Sequence record: OQ992562.1
Length of the DNA stretch: 64,000 nt
Strand: one strand, 5' to 3'
In this document: positions 9,994-19,401 of the stretch, one piece after another
How the letters are laid out: the number at the start of each line of letters is the position of its first letter
Position numbering within the stretch: position 1 is the stretch's first letter
Translations under genes and position numbers: made by a program
Notes under the pieces: generated by a model
What the model saw: the letters and a program-made list of their open reading frames with translations, nothing else
Told to the model about the DNA's origin: nothing
Databases searched by the model: none

Positions 9994-10824
9994 ATGGATA
10001 TTATCGAGAGAGATGTAGGTGCTAATATTCCAATTAGCATTGGAACTTCTTTTGCTCTCGAAGGGCTTATAGGAACACATCCACAAAAGCCTAGACAACC
10101 AACTGATGTTAAGTCTATTAAAGAAATATGGATTAATGTCCGTACTCTTGCAAGAAATATGTGGCAGGCTATGAAGTCTGAACAACAAACTAATATTAAC
10201 TTGGTTGCAGCAGTCGATGTTTTATTTCAAGAAGCACAAACAATCCCGGTTGCTTTACGGCAATCGGGGATAAAAGCAACTGTAAAATATTACATTACTG
10301 GTCGAGATGCAGTGAAGTGGTTATTCCCTAAAGCTACATTTAAAGTATCACGAACACCGCAACAATTAGCTTATGATGTTTATGAACGATTTGTATCAAT
10401 TGAACTATATCAGAAGTTAAAAGATACAGATTTAATTACAATGGAAATATCTAATAAACCTCCAAAGGTTGAAGGTACTGTTTTACTATTAACCCATTTC
10501 CCACATGAATTATTATGGAAACCCCATTTTAATAGACTTCTTTTATTGGAATCCCATACGGGCAAAATAAAGACATACAACATGTGGTATACTAAACTAA
10601 ATGGTTTAAAAGAAGATACTCCATTTCCTTTTACATCATTTGCTATACAGATATTTGGCGATAAACAATTACTTGAACCACAAGACAAAGCTATTCGTGC
10701 ACAGTTAAAACAATTGGCACAATCTAGAAAATGGACAGGATTAACAACACCAGATAAAGTTCATCATGACATTACTGCTTATGGTTCTAAAGAGTTAAAA
10801 GAAGCATACAAGAAATTCAAATAG
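9994..10824 (+). CDS. Conserved chimallivirus protein (gp66 position)
   Basis: 276-aa ORF; position between the SbcD-like gene and ChmC. Confidence 0.75.
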   Translation: MDIIERDVGANIPISIGTSFALEGLIGTHPQKPRQPTDVKSIKEIWINVRTLARNMWQAMKSEQQTNINLVAAVDVLFQEAQTIPVALRQSGIKATVKYYITGRDAVKWLFPKATFKVSRTPQQLAYDVYERFVSIELYQKLKDTDLITMEISNKPPKVEGTVLLLTHFPHELLWKPHFNRLLLLESHTGKIKTYNMWYTKLNGLKEDTPFPFTSFAIQIFGDKQLLEPQDKAIRAQLKQLAQSRKWTGLTTPDKVHHDITAYGSKELKEAYKKFK

Positions 10825-10911
10825 AAGAAATACTTGTTGCGATAATATTACGTAGAAATCATTTCCCATCTAGTTAAAAAGAATCTAGTTTTAATTTGGA
10901 GTTATCACATC

Positions 10912-11652
10912 ATGTCACAACAGCAGTCTAATGCACCCGTAGTTAACCCTTTTAATGTAATGAATACTTGGCTACATGCCAAACCATGTGAGGGTTCTCA
11001 AAAACGACCGACGCTGCGTTTTGGTCTGTTTAAAAACCAACCACGGGTTACTGTTCGTACTAATGTACCTGGTGATAAAGACCATGGTAAAATTGAGTTC
11101 AATACTGACCTAGCAACCTTTGCATGTTTCATTAAGTTTGCAATGGACTTAATTGAAGGTAAAACTGAAGATACTGAACGTGTCTTTGTTTACCGCAATA
11201 ACTTCGTAGCTGGTAAGAAGCGTGATAATTTTATTGAGCTTTCTAAGCTACATGTTGGCCGTGCACAAGATGGTCGAATTTACATCGCAGTGCTAAGCAC
11301 TCAACCTGATCGTCCAAAGATCAAATTCTTCTTTGGCCCATCCCAATTCCATGATATCCGCAAAGCAGATGGTAGTCAACTATCACCTAAGGAAATGTCC
11401 GATGCTTATGCATACGGTTTCCTAGACCCCGCATATAAACTAGTAATGCATCTTCTAGTAACTGAATTCGATCCAGATGCTAAAGGTGTATCTAACCCTG
11501 CTAATTTCAATCAGGGTAATGGTAATAGCGGCGGTTACAATAACGGTGGTCAGCGCAATAACTATAACAACGGCGGCAATAATAGTTATGCTAAGCCGGC
11601 TAATAATAGTTATAATGACTCAGCTTTTGATGAGGATATGCCTTCCTTCTAA
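10912..11652 (+). CDS. chmC: ChmC-like nucleus-associated RNA-binding protein (Whirly-like fold with N/G-rich tail; gp67 position, also reported as Imp6)
   Basis: 246 aa, beta-rich core then GNGNSGGYNNGGQRNNYNNGGNN tail and acidic DEDMPSF end; immediately upstream of the sigma-like and PicA genes. Confidence 0.65.
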   Translation: MSQQQSNAPVVNPFNVMNTWLHAKPCEGSQKRPTLRFGLFKNQPRVTVRTNVPGDKDHGKIEFNTDLATFACFIKFAMDLIEGKTEDTERVFVYRNNFVAGKKRDNFIELSKLHVGRAQDGRIYIAVLSTQPDRPKIKFFFGPSQFHDIRKADGSQLSPKEMSDAYAYGFLDPAYKLVMHLLVTEFDPDAKGVSNPANFNQGNGNSGGYNNGGQRNNYNNGGNNSYAKPANNSYNDSAFDEDMPSF

Positions 11653-11654
11653 AA

Positions 11655-11693
11655 CATATTTCGGTGCTTACTCTCGAAGTAGGCACCGATATG
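11655..11693 (+). terminator. Terminator hairpin flanked by CATA/TATG
   Basis: TCGGTGCTTACT-CTCGA-AGTAGGCACCGA at 11661-11689. Confidence 0.75.
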
Positions 11694-11727
11694 CCCTCAG
11701 TACTAAATGCCGTTATACTAAAAAAAA

Positions 11728-11744
11728 TTTGAGATCTATATTAC
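11728..11744 (+). promoter_or_regulatory. Early promoter upstream of the sigma-like nvRNAP subunit
   Basis: TTTGAGATC-TATATTAC, exact phiKZ early consensus core. Confidence 0.8.
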
Positions 11745-11777
11745 TAACATGTATCTACATTGGTAAAAGAGGTTAAA

Positions 11778-13343
11778 ATGCAAATCATCGTTACAGGAGT
11801 TCAAGGTACTGGTTTTACTGAAGTGGCTACAGAGCACAATGGTAAACGTTTAACTTGGACAACTACGGCTTATAGTAAAATCCGTGTACAAGATCAACAA
11901 CGAGTATTCCAAGAAATCAATGATTATTGGAGTGGCCTAAGTGCTGAGACACAACAACATATCTGGAATTGTTATGTAGAAATTCGTAAGATCATGGATA
12001 TGGCTATGGATCCGATGAGGATTGCAATGAGTCTATCCTATTACATCAAAGAGATGTATAAAGCCATGCCGATGAATAGTTTTCGGCGATGGCTACTAAC
12101 TATTGGTAAACTTTATATTCCAGTAGATATTGAAGAAGTTATCACTGATGATTCACGATATAATCGACCAGATCAAACATATCTGAAACATGACTATATT
12201 AACCTTGCATCTGTATCACTAGCTCTTCGTCCATTAGTACCTATTTGGGGCGAGTTTATTGATCAGGGCACTTCTCAGGAAATGCATAAAGAGTGTGAAG
12301 TAATTAGTCTCATCTCGGATTGTGAGGTTAACCATTGGCCTGTTGATGAAATATCAATCGATGGAACTCCAGTAGAAACAGCTTATGATAAGCTAAGTGC
12401 ATATGTTAAGTTTTGTGTAGAAGATGAAGCACCCACCTTAGCCAACCTTTATAGGGGTATGAGTTCAGCTGAAGTGCCGGATATCTTACAGGCTAAAGTT
12501 ATGGTTAGGCGATTAACCATCCTACCATTAAACGATGTCACCTCACATTCCATCGTTTCAAATATGTTTAGATATGTTAAGTCAAATCTAAACCCTGCGG
12601 AGCGATCAACTGCTGACCGGGTTAATGATAAACGGCCAGATAAAGGTGGTATTGATGATGATGATAAAACATCATTTATCGAATCGCATAAAACTAAACA
12701 GCGAGTTACTCCTGGTGATATCGTAGCTTATAACTTAGATGCTCTTGATGTAGTTAAACTGGTTCACAAAATCGATGACACTGTCCCAGTAGAGTTAATT
12801 CAGGAATGTCTAGATTGCGTTGCAGTTACAGCTACTAAAGATATCTATCCACACCAGATATTACTTGCACAATGGGTGATGCACAAAGCTTTCCCTGCAA
12901 GAGCATTCAGCCACATTAATAAAAATGCAGTTAACCATTTGTTGGCAGCAGCTCAGTCACTAATGTGGCATTGGGGTTTCCAACAAGTTGCTGTATTTAT
13001 GCAAGTAGAGTTGTATTATAGTGGTGAACATGCAATGTCCATTCAACCACGTAATAGTACACGTATTCAAATTAAATATAAGGACGTAATGGATGAGCTT
13101 TATCCACATCAACGACAACAGCGAGCTATTAATGGTGTTCCAGTAGCACCTGTAAATATTGCGGGCATTGCTGTGCAATCTGCACATGCATCCATTAGAT
13201 CTAGTAACTGGATCTATCATGGACCCGATCGTTTATTCAAAGAAGCAGAACAGGTAACTCAGAATAAAGTCCTTGTTGTACCGGCCACAATTAAGTCGGT
13301 GATCACCGAACTGGTAATTCATCTGGGTAAACTTAATCAGTAA
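11778..13343 (+). CDS. Sigma-like promoter-specificity subunit of nvRNAP (phiKZ gp68 ortholog), 521 aa from ATG 11778
   Basis: RBS GAGG at 11769-11772; size and position match gp68 as I recall it. Confidence 0.8.
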   Translation: MQIIVTGVQGTGFTEVATEHNGKRLTWTTTAYSKIRVQDQQRVFQEINDYWSGLSAETQQHIWNCYVEIRKIMDMAMDPMRIAMSLSYYIKEMYKAMPMNSFRRWLLTIGKLYIPVDIEEVITDDSRYNRPDQTYLKHDYINLASVSLALRPLVPIWGEFIDQGTSQEMHKECEVISLISDCEVNHWPVDEISIDGTPVETAYDKLSAYVKFCVEDEAPTLANLYRGMSSAEVPDILQAKVMVRRLTILPLNDVTSHSIVSNMFRYVKSNLNPAERSTADRVNDKRPDKGGIDDDDKTSFIESHKTKQRVTPGDIVAYNLDALDVVKLVHKIDDTVPVELIQECLDCVAVTATKDIYPHQILLAQWVMHKAFPARAFSHINKNAVNHLLAAAQSLMWHWGFQQVAVFMQVELYYSGEHAMSIQPRNSTRIQIKYKDVMDELYPHQRQQRAINGVPVAPVNIAGIAVQSAHASIRSSNWIYHGPDRLFKEAEQVTQNKVLVVPATIKSVITELVIHLGKLNQ

Positions 13344-13359
13344 TAATTGAGGTAGTTCT

Positions 13360-15033
13360 ATGTTAGGTTTTAATAATTCAGCAATGGGTGGTAATACTGA
13401 AGTACAGATTGAATCATTCATTCTAGTACAGACTGGTACTTATCAACCTGAGCATGTTCGACCATTTACGGTAGAGGTCACTGAGAACTCTATTGAACGT
13501 TTAAAAGAAGCAACTAATGATGGTCGTAATCTAGGTGTTGCAGCTGTGCAGCAAATTGCAGCTGATGTGATTGCACCACGTGCTCAAACTCAAGGTGAAG
13601 TCCCTATCGTCAATGGTTGGGGTGAGCGCCGGTTTAGGTTCATGATGAAAGTATGGGAGAATAACCGTTTCTTTGGTAATACCCGTACTTGCCGGATTCT
13701 ATTTGGTTGCTCTGACCATTGCTCTATTAGTCCGCTTAGCAATAGTCTAGATCCTAACATGCGTATCTATTTTAATAGTGAAACTGTTATTGTAGAGCGC
13801 CAACGACCAACTGAGTTCGGTGTAGTCAAACAAGCACATATCCTAGGTTCTAACCAGATCCTTGCACCCGTCGATATCATGAGTGATATTACTATCCCTC
13901 AGAACGGGTTTAGCATGTATACTGGAACTTCATCATATCTCCAACGACCAGAAGATGTTTTCCAAATTCAGCAAACGATGCAAGTAGCTAAACGCATTGA
14001 ATCAACTGGACTACATCAAGGCGTATTTGACCGGATCATTGACCAACGCTCCAGTGTTGGTGAAGCAGGCACTTTCCAATATTCAAATCGCCGTGATACT
14101 TCTCCTACTCGTTATCTATCTAGTACTCTTAATGCATGGCAGCATTCTGTTAAAGAAGCTGAGATGGCTAATAATGATAACGATAATATCTTTGGAGGTG
14201 TCTCTGATGAAGTGATGCTAGGCGATGCATCTGCTGTACTTCGAAATCAAGATATCCATTCCAATATGTTCATGCGCATTCTAAAAGAACGCTGCAATTA
14301 CATGGAACGTGGCTTTGTTACACTGGCTGACCTACAACGAGTATTCCCTGAACTACTGGTTGATGGTGTAGTTAAAGCTGGTATGGATAATGGTAATTCT
14401 CAACGCTTCGTTAACCGAGCAGAGCATTCCATGCATTGGGGTGGTGCAGATCATCACACTGTTGCAGCATCTCTACTTGCACAAGTAGTTCCAGCAATCA
14501 TGATGGATAACTATTTCCGGGTAACCTCCTTTGCAATTACAAATGGACATGGAGCGAATAACTATCTATTCGAAATGCATCCAAATGGTACCAGGAGTAT
14601 CATGGATGGAATTGATATGACTCCACAGATTAATGACTTTGAACGTCGTCTTATTACCGATGCGATTAACAGTATCTCTTATGGTAACCAGATTCCGTTT
14701 AAAATTTCCATGCACTCTGACTTAGCTGGTGATACTGTTATTGATATCAGTCTAAATCATGAATCGGTAGAACGATTCATCGCACCGACCTTCATTGATA
14801 GTCTGTTTAGTCCAGTCATTACTCGGGATGCATCTGCACCGGCTATGATCTCTAATGACCTTACCTATCTTGTTAAGAATGTTATCCCAACTAAGACTCA
14901 ACAAAACATTCTAAACAGTAGTGGTCAGCCGGTTAACATGCAACCGTATCAACATCCTGTAGCTCAACCTGCTCAAATCAATCCTAAATTTGGTGATAAC
15001 AATGCCTACGATTTCTCTTTCCAAGTTCTATAG
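13360..15033 (+). CDS. picA: PicA/Imp1 phage-nucleus protein importer (phiKZ gp69 ortholog)
   Basis: 557 aa, directly downstream of the sigma-like subunit as in chimalliviruses; RBS GAGG. Confidence 0.75.
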   Translation: MLGFNNSAMGGNTEVQIESFILVQTGTYQPEHVRPFTVEVTENSIERLKEATNDGRNLGVAAVQQIAADVIAPRAQTQGEVPIVNGWGERRFRFMMKVWENNRFFGNTRTCRILFGCSDHCSISPLSNSLDPNMRIYFNSETVIVERQRPTEFGVVKQAHILGSNQILAPVDIMSDITIPQNGFSMYTGTSSYLQRPEDVFQIQQTMQVAKRIESTGLHQGVFDRIIDQRSSVGEAGTFQYSNRRDTSPTRYLSSTLNAWQHSVKEAEMANNDNDNIFGGVSDEVMLGDASAVLRNQDIHSNMFMRILKERCNYMERGFVTLADLQRVFPELLVDGVVKAGMDNGNSQRFVNRAEHSMHWGGADHHTVAASLLAQVVPAIMMDNYFRVTSFAITNGHGANNYLFEMHPNGTRSIMDGIDMTPQINDFERRLITDAINSISYGNQIPFKISMHSDLAGDTVIDISLNHESVERFIAPTFIDSLFSPVITRDASAPAMISNDLTYLVKNVIPTKTQQNILNSSGQPVNMQPYQHPVAQPAQINPKFGDNNAYDFSFQVL

Positions 15034-16381
15034 TGATCAAGTATTACCTGCTTTCCGATACAAAGTAGGTGAAGAGGATATGATCAGTATTCTCGATCCA
15101 CTTGGTCGACCTGCACCTGCAAAGGTAGATGGTAAGCGACTAGTGGTACCTACTAAAGATTGGCTTCGTAAAGGGCTAGGCGATGATTACATCGCCTTCC
15201 ACCCGCTATCTGAAAAGATCTCTCGGCTAGGTACTTCTCAAGTACTACAGCATATGCAGCGTCAAGTTAAGGCTAATCTAATGTTTACTGTGAAGTATCT
15301 TACTTCACGTATTTTAGAAGTAGCTGCCGACTCCACTCTGCATAAAGACATTCCACCAGAATGTTCAGACTTCCTAAAGAAACTATCCGGTGCTAAGCCA
15401 GATACCATTGAGTGGTTTAATAAGGTTGTCAAAGCTGCTGAAAAACGTTCACGTTTTGTAAGCGTGTATCTAAAAGCAAATGGTAAATTTGATGGGAAGA
15501 CAGTTAACCGTATCTGCGTTATTCGGTTCCCTATCGTAGAGGATCTTTATTCTAAAGATGATATCCTTGGAGTAAATGTACCTAAGAAACAGCGGCCAGT
15601 TCTAATCGAACTATTTAAACTAGTTGTACCATTTGGTGATTCACCAACTGAATATTCAGCAGGAACAGTTGAGCGGGTAGCACCTTATTTTGTATGTCTT
15701 ATCCAGGCATTTAACAAAATCACTACTCAACTAAATAGTGTTATTGATAAGTATCGCCTGATCTTCGATGATGCTATTCAACCTTATTCAAAAGTTGATG
15801 AGAAGGTGATTGCTGATTTTGCAAAGATGCAACGTGAGATCCCCTCTCTTGATGGTAATGAAGGAGTCAGCAATGAAGTAGAAGAAGAAGCTTCTGAAAC
15901 TGTAAACCCAGTTGCCCAAATTCCTGTCCAGAAAAAGGATAGTGTAGTTAAAGTGGGTAATACTGCTAAAGAACAAACTACTTCTACACGTGTACCAGTA
16001 GGCACAACTGTGAATGTTAATCCATCTATGAGTCAAGCTGTAGCAATGACTCAGGCACCTCAACGTCCCGCACAACAAGTTCAAACTAGCAATAAAGCAT
16101 CTATCCAAGATCTTCTAAACGCTGGGCAGAAAAACCAATTTGCTCAACCCGGAATGATGCAACAACCTGTTATGATGAACAATAACTTTGCAATGCCTGG
16201 GATGATGCAGCCACAGCAACCAATGATGGCTAATATGCATCCGCAAATGATGCAACTCATGGGCAATCAAATGCCGATGGGTGGTGGATTTGCACAAGCA
16301 CTAAACCCCGCTCTAGCTGGTAATGGTAACACCGCGATGATGAATCTAGGTGGAAACCAAATGATGGGTCGTCTACTGTAA
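15002..16381 (+). CDS. Conserved chimallivirus protein with Q/M/N/G low-complexity C-terminus (gp70 position); likely start ATG 15002
   Basis: Overlaps the PicA 3' end by 32 nt; tail QPGMMQQPVMMNNN...MMGRLL. Confidence 0.8.
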   Translation: MPTISLSKFYSDQVLPAFRYKVGEEDMISILDPLGRPAPAKVDGKRLVVPTKDWLRKGLGDDYIAFHPLSEKISRLGTSQVLQHMQRQVKANLMFTVKYLTSRILEVAADSTLHKDIPPECSDFLKKLSGAKPDTIEWFNKVVKAAEKRSRFVSVYLKANGKFDGKTVNRICVIRFPIVEDLYSKDDILGVNVPKKQRPVLIELFKLVVPFGDSPTEYSAGTVERVAPYFVCLIQAFNKITTQLNSVIDKYRLIFDDAIQPYSKVDEKVIADFAKMQREIPSLDGNEGVSNEVEEEASETVNPVAQIPVQKKDSVVKVGNTAKEQTTSTRVPVGTTVNVNPSMSQAVAMTQAPQRPAQQVQTSNKASIQDLLNAGQKNQFAQPGMMQQPVMMNNNFAMPGMMQPQQPMMANMHPQMMQLMGNQMPMGGGFAQALNPALAGNGNTAMMNLGGNQMMGRLL

Positions 16382-16387
16382 CACGGC

Positions 16388-16420
16388 ATAAACCAGGGGG
16401 CCTAAGGGTCCCCTGGCTTG
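16388..16420. terminator. Bidirectional terminator between convergent genes
   Basis: CCAGGGGGCC-TAAG-GGTCCCCTGG. Confidence 0.75.
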
Positions 16421-16422
16421 CT

Positions 16423-16797
16423 TTAAAACTTTTTAGTTTGATATAAGCTAACGAGGTGTTGAATCATGTCGTTATTCGGTATGATTAAATAGCTGGTGTA
16501 ATCATTAGCTGAAGGATCCCTTAGAACTTTACCAAAATCATAAGGGCTAACTAAACCATTAACACGCATTTGAATCCACCACATATCAGGATTGACACGG
16601 CGTTCTGCCATGTATCCATAAAAGTTTCCTTCGAACTGGTAATACAGTTCAGGTGGAATCTGAATACGTGTGGATCTGACATTACGTAAGATATTCAAAT
16701 GAGTCTCAATAATTAATCTGAACCCTGGTTCATAATAAACAGATTCACCTGAATCTGGCTGATTAGCTAACAGTGTGAATGCCATAATAAATTCCAA
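16423..16797 (-). CDS. Putative baseplate wedge protein, T4 gp53/LysM-like
   Basis: WWIQMRVNGLVSPYDF...LIIP resembles gp53-family motifs (by eye); ORF sits between a promoter region and a bidirectional terminator. Confidence 0.55.
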   Translation of the reverse strand: MEFIMAFTLLANQPDSGESVYYEPGFRLIIETHLNILRNVRSTRIQIPPELYYQFEGNFYGYMAERRVNPDMWWIQMRVNGLVSPYDFGKVLRDPSANDYTSYLIIPNNDMIQHLVSLYQTKKF

Positions 16798-16806
16798 TAA
16801 ATTTTA

Positions 16807-16823
16807 TTTAAGATCTATATCAT
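16807..16823 (+). promoter_or_regulatory. Early promoter-like motif for the nvRNAP beta operon
   Basis: TTTAAGATC-TATATCAT. Confidence 0.65.
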
Positions 16824-16849
16824 TGATTTGTAATTAGTAAACAGGAGGT

Positions 16850-16969
16850 ATGAGATTGGTGATACCAGACATTGAAGTCTTACAAAAGGCTATATCTAAA
16901 AACAGCGCAAATAAGAAATATAGTAGTACTGCATCTTGTCTAATTAATGGTGATAAACAAAATGGCTGA
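16850..16969 (+). CDS. 39-aa leader ORF overlapping the nvRNAP beta start
   Basis: RBS AGGAGG at 16843-16848, ATG 16850, stop TGA 16967-16969 within ATGGCTGA; below the track size cutoff. Confidence 0.6.
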   Translation: MRLVIPDIEVLQKAISKNSANKKYSSTASCLINGDKQNG

Positions 16970-18140
16970 ACTAGGTAAACGTGAAATTGATCTAACCCTA
17001 TTAGGGCATACTGGTTTAGATCCTTGGTATGGCACTACCTCATCTGCACGGGGTGCTATGTTTGTAACACATATTGGCCAGGCACCAGAAGTAAATGGAA
17101 ATGAATCGCGTTATTTCCTAACGGGTGCTGAATTAGAGTATGCCAAGTATACACATGATGTTCGTTTTCCTGAGGATTGTCGTGTACTACATGTTCTTAG
17201 AAAATATCCAACGGGTATTGGTAAAGACAGTATTAGATCTAACCCGGTAACAACTATTATCTACGAAAACTATTTTGACAAATATAAAACCATTGGTGTC
17301 TTACATGTTCCCGAGTACATGAGTCATCACCAAGACTTTGGTTATGAACTTGTAAAGAATCGAGAAGTGTGGGAAACCATTGCCCCAAATGAAATGTTCT
17401 CTAAAGACACAGTGATTGCACAGTCTGGTGCAGTTAAGAAAGACGGTACTTTAGGGATGGGTGTTAATGCTAATGTTGTATTCCTATCTGCCGCTGGTAC
17501 CATTGAAGATGGATTCGTAGCTAATAAGAATTTCCTTAAAAGGATGATGCCAACTAGTTATAGCACGGCTGTAGCTAATGCTGGTAGGAAAGCTTTCTTC
17601 TTAAACATGTATGGCGATGATAAGGTCTATAAACCATTCCCAGACATTGGCGATGTTATCCGACCAGATGGTGTAATCTTCGCCATCCGTGACCATGATG
17701 ATGATCTAGCTCCTGCCGAGATGACTCCTAGGGCACTTCGTACACTAGATAGAACTTTCGATAGAGCTGTTATTGGCACACCTGGTGCGAAGGTTATTGA
17801 TATTGATATTTGGCGTGATGAGCGTGTAAATCCATCCCCTACTCCAACAGGAATGGATGCACAACTAGTTAAATATCATACTCATCTTAGCAGTTATTAT
17901 CGAGAACTATTAAAGATCTATCGTGGTCTATTAGCACGTCGTAAAGATGATCTACATATCACTGAGGAATTTGAACGTCTTATTGTAACTGCACAGATGT
18001 TCCTACCTCAACCTGATAATGTCCGTAAACTATCTCGATTCTATCGACTAGACCCACTAGATGAATGGCGAGTCGAAGTAACTTACAAAGCCCAAAAGAT
18101 GCCTGCTGGTGCTTTCAAGATGACTGATTTTCATGGTGGT
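16962..18140 (+). CDS. nvRNAP beta subunit (phiKZ gp71-73 ortholog), exon 1; join(16962..18140,18448..19371) = 700 aa
   Basis: Beta motifs such as GTIEDG; ends at FHGG, which joins KGVICK (RHGNKG-type motif); alternative start 16947. Confidence 0.9.
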
Positions 18141-18447
18141 AATTAATATCCATCCATCTCTCAGGAATGGATATTGTCAAATTGCCTGCTTGATCTCGAA
18201 AGAGTCAAGTAAATCCTCTCTAATTGCTGGGACATCTCAATGAGACAATCAGCAGCGAAGCTTTCCAGAAATGGATTGAACGTTCAACGACTATCCGGTT
18301 ACGCGGAGTACACTCAAGCGAGTGGAAATGGGAGGGACCTGACCACCTAGGGTGAAGGTTAAGATATAGTCTGGTCTGCATGGTGACATGCAGCTGCCTG
18401 CAATACGAGAGGCGGGGTAAGCGTAGCGAACTTACCTGAACATAACG
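18141..18447 (+). mobile_element. Group I intron 3 (307 nt, no ORF) in nvRNAP beta
   Basis: P1 GGT|AATT pairs with AATTGCC (18180-18186), placing the U.G wobble at U18140; TTCAACGACTAT 18283-18294; AAGATATAGTCT 18361-18372; ends CTGAACATAACG. Confidence 0.92.
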
Positions 18448-19371
18448 AAGGGCGTCATCTGTAAGGTAATGGAAGATGAAGATATGCCTATTGACGAAAA
18501 TGGTAATAGGGCAGATCTAATTATCTTTGGTGGTTCAACCATGCGTCGTTCAAATTATGGTCGAATTTATGAACATGGTTTTGGCGCAGCTGCACGAGAT
18601 CTAGCTCAACGCCTACGCGTTGAAGCTGGACTAGATCGACATGCCAAACCAACCCAGCAACAACTAAATAGTGTAATGGGTAATACGCAATGGGTTGATT
18701 ATGCATTTAAAGAACTATTAGGTTTCTATGAGATCATTGCTCCAACAATGCATAGTAAAATGATGGAACACCCAAATCCAGCAGAACATGTTAAAACAGT
18801 ACTAATGGATGGATTCCCATATATCTACGCACCAGTTGATGATCCAGTGGATCTAATGGCAGCAGTCAACAAATTAATTAATAGCGATAAGTATCGACCA
18901 CACTATGGGAAGGTATCTTATCGAGATCAAGCTGGTAAGTGGGTAACAACTAAAGATAATGTCTTAATGGGTCCACTTTACATGATGCTACTAGAAAAGA
19001 TTGGTGAAGACTGGTCAGCAGCAGCATCTGTAAAAACACAACCATTTGGTCTACCTTCTAAGTTAAACAATGCTGATAGGGCTAGCACACCTGGTCGAGA
19101 AACAGCTATCCGGTCATTCGGTGAATCTGAAACTCGGTCATATAACTGTACAGTTGGTCCAGGTCCGACTGCTGAAATCTTAGACCAAACTAATAACCCA
19201 TTGGCGCATGCTGCGGTTATCGAGTCTTGGCTAACAGCAGAAAAACCTTCATCTGTACCAGTTGCAGTTGATCGTGAAAAGATTCCATTTGGTGGATCTC
19301 GCCCAGTAGCTATGTTTGATCACCTGCTTGAATGTAGTGGTATTGCATTAGAATATGCCCCTGATCATTGA
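18448..19371 (+). CDS. nvRNAP beta subunit exon 2 (KGVICKVMEDED...)
   Basis: Track ORF 18469..19371 extends 7 codons upstream to the intron end; motifs RSNYGRIYE, GPLYMMLL, RSFGESE. Confidence 0.9.
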   Translation, partial: KGVICKVMEDEDMPIDENGNRADLIIFGGSTMRRSNYGRIYEHGFGAAARDLAQRLRVEAGLDRHAKPTQQQLNSVMGNTQWVDYAFKELLGFYEIIAPTMHSKMMEHPNPAEHVKTVLMDGFPYIYAPVDDPVDLMAAVNKLINSDKYRPHYGKVSYRDQAGKWVTTKDNVLMGPLYMMLLEKIGEDWSAAASVKTQPFGLPSKLNNADRASTPGRETAIRSFGESETRSYNCTVGPGPTAEILDQTNNPLAHAAVIESWLTAEKPSSVPVAVDREKIPFGGSRPVAMFDHLLECSGIALEYAPDH

Positions 19372-19401
19372 TCAGGGGTTTAATAATACAAGAGGTAAAT
19401 A

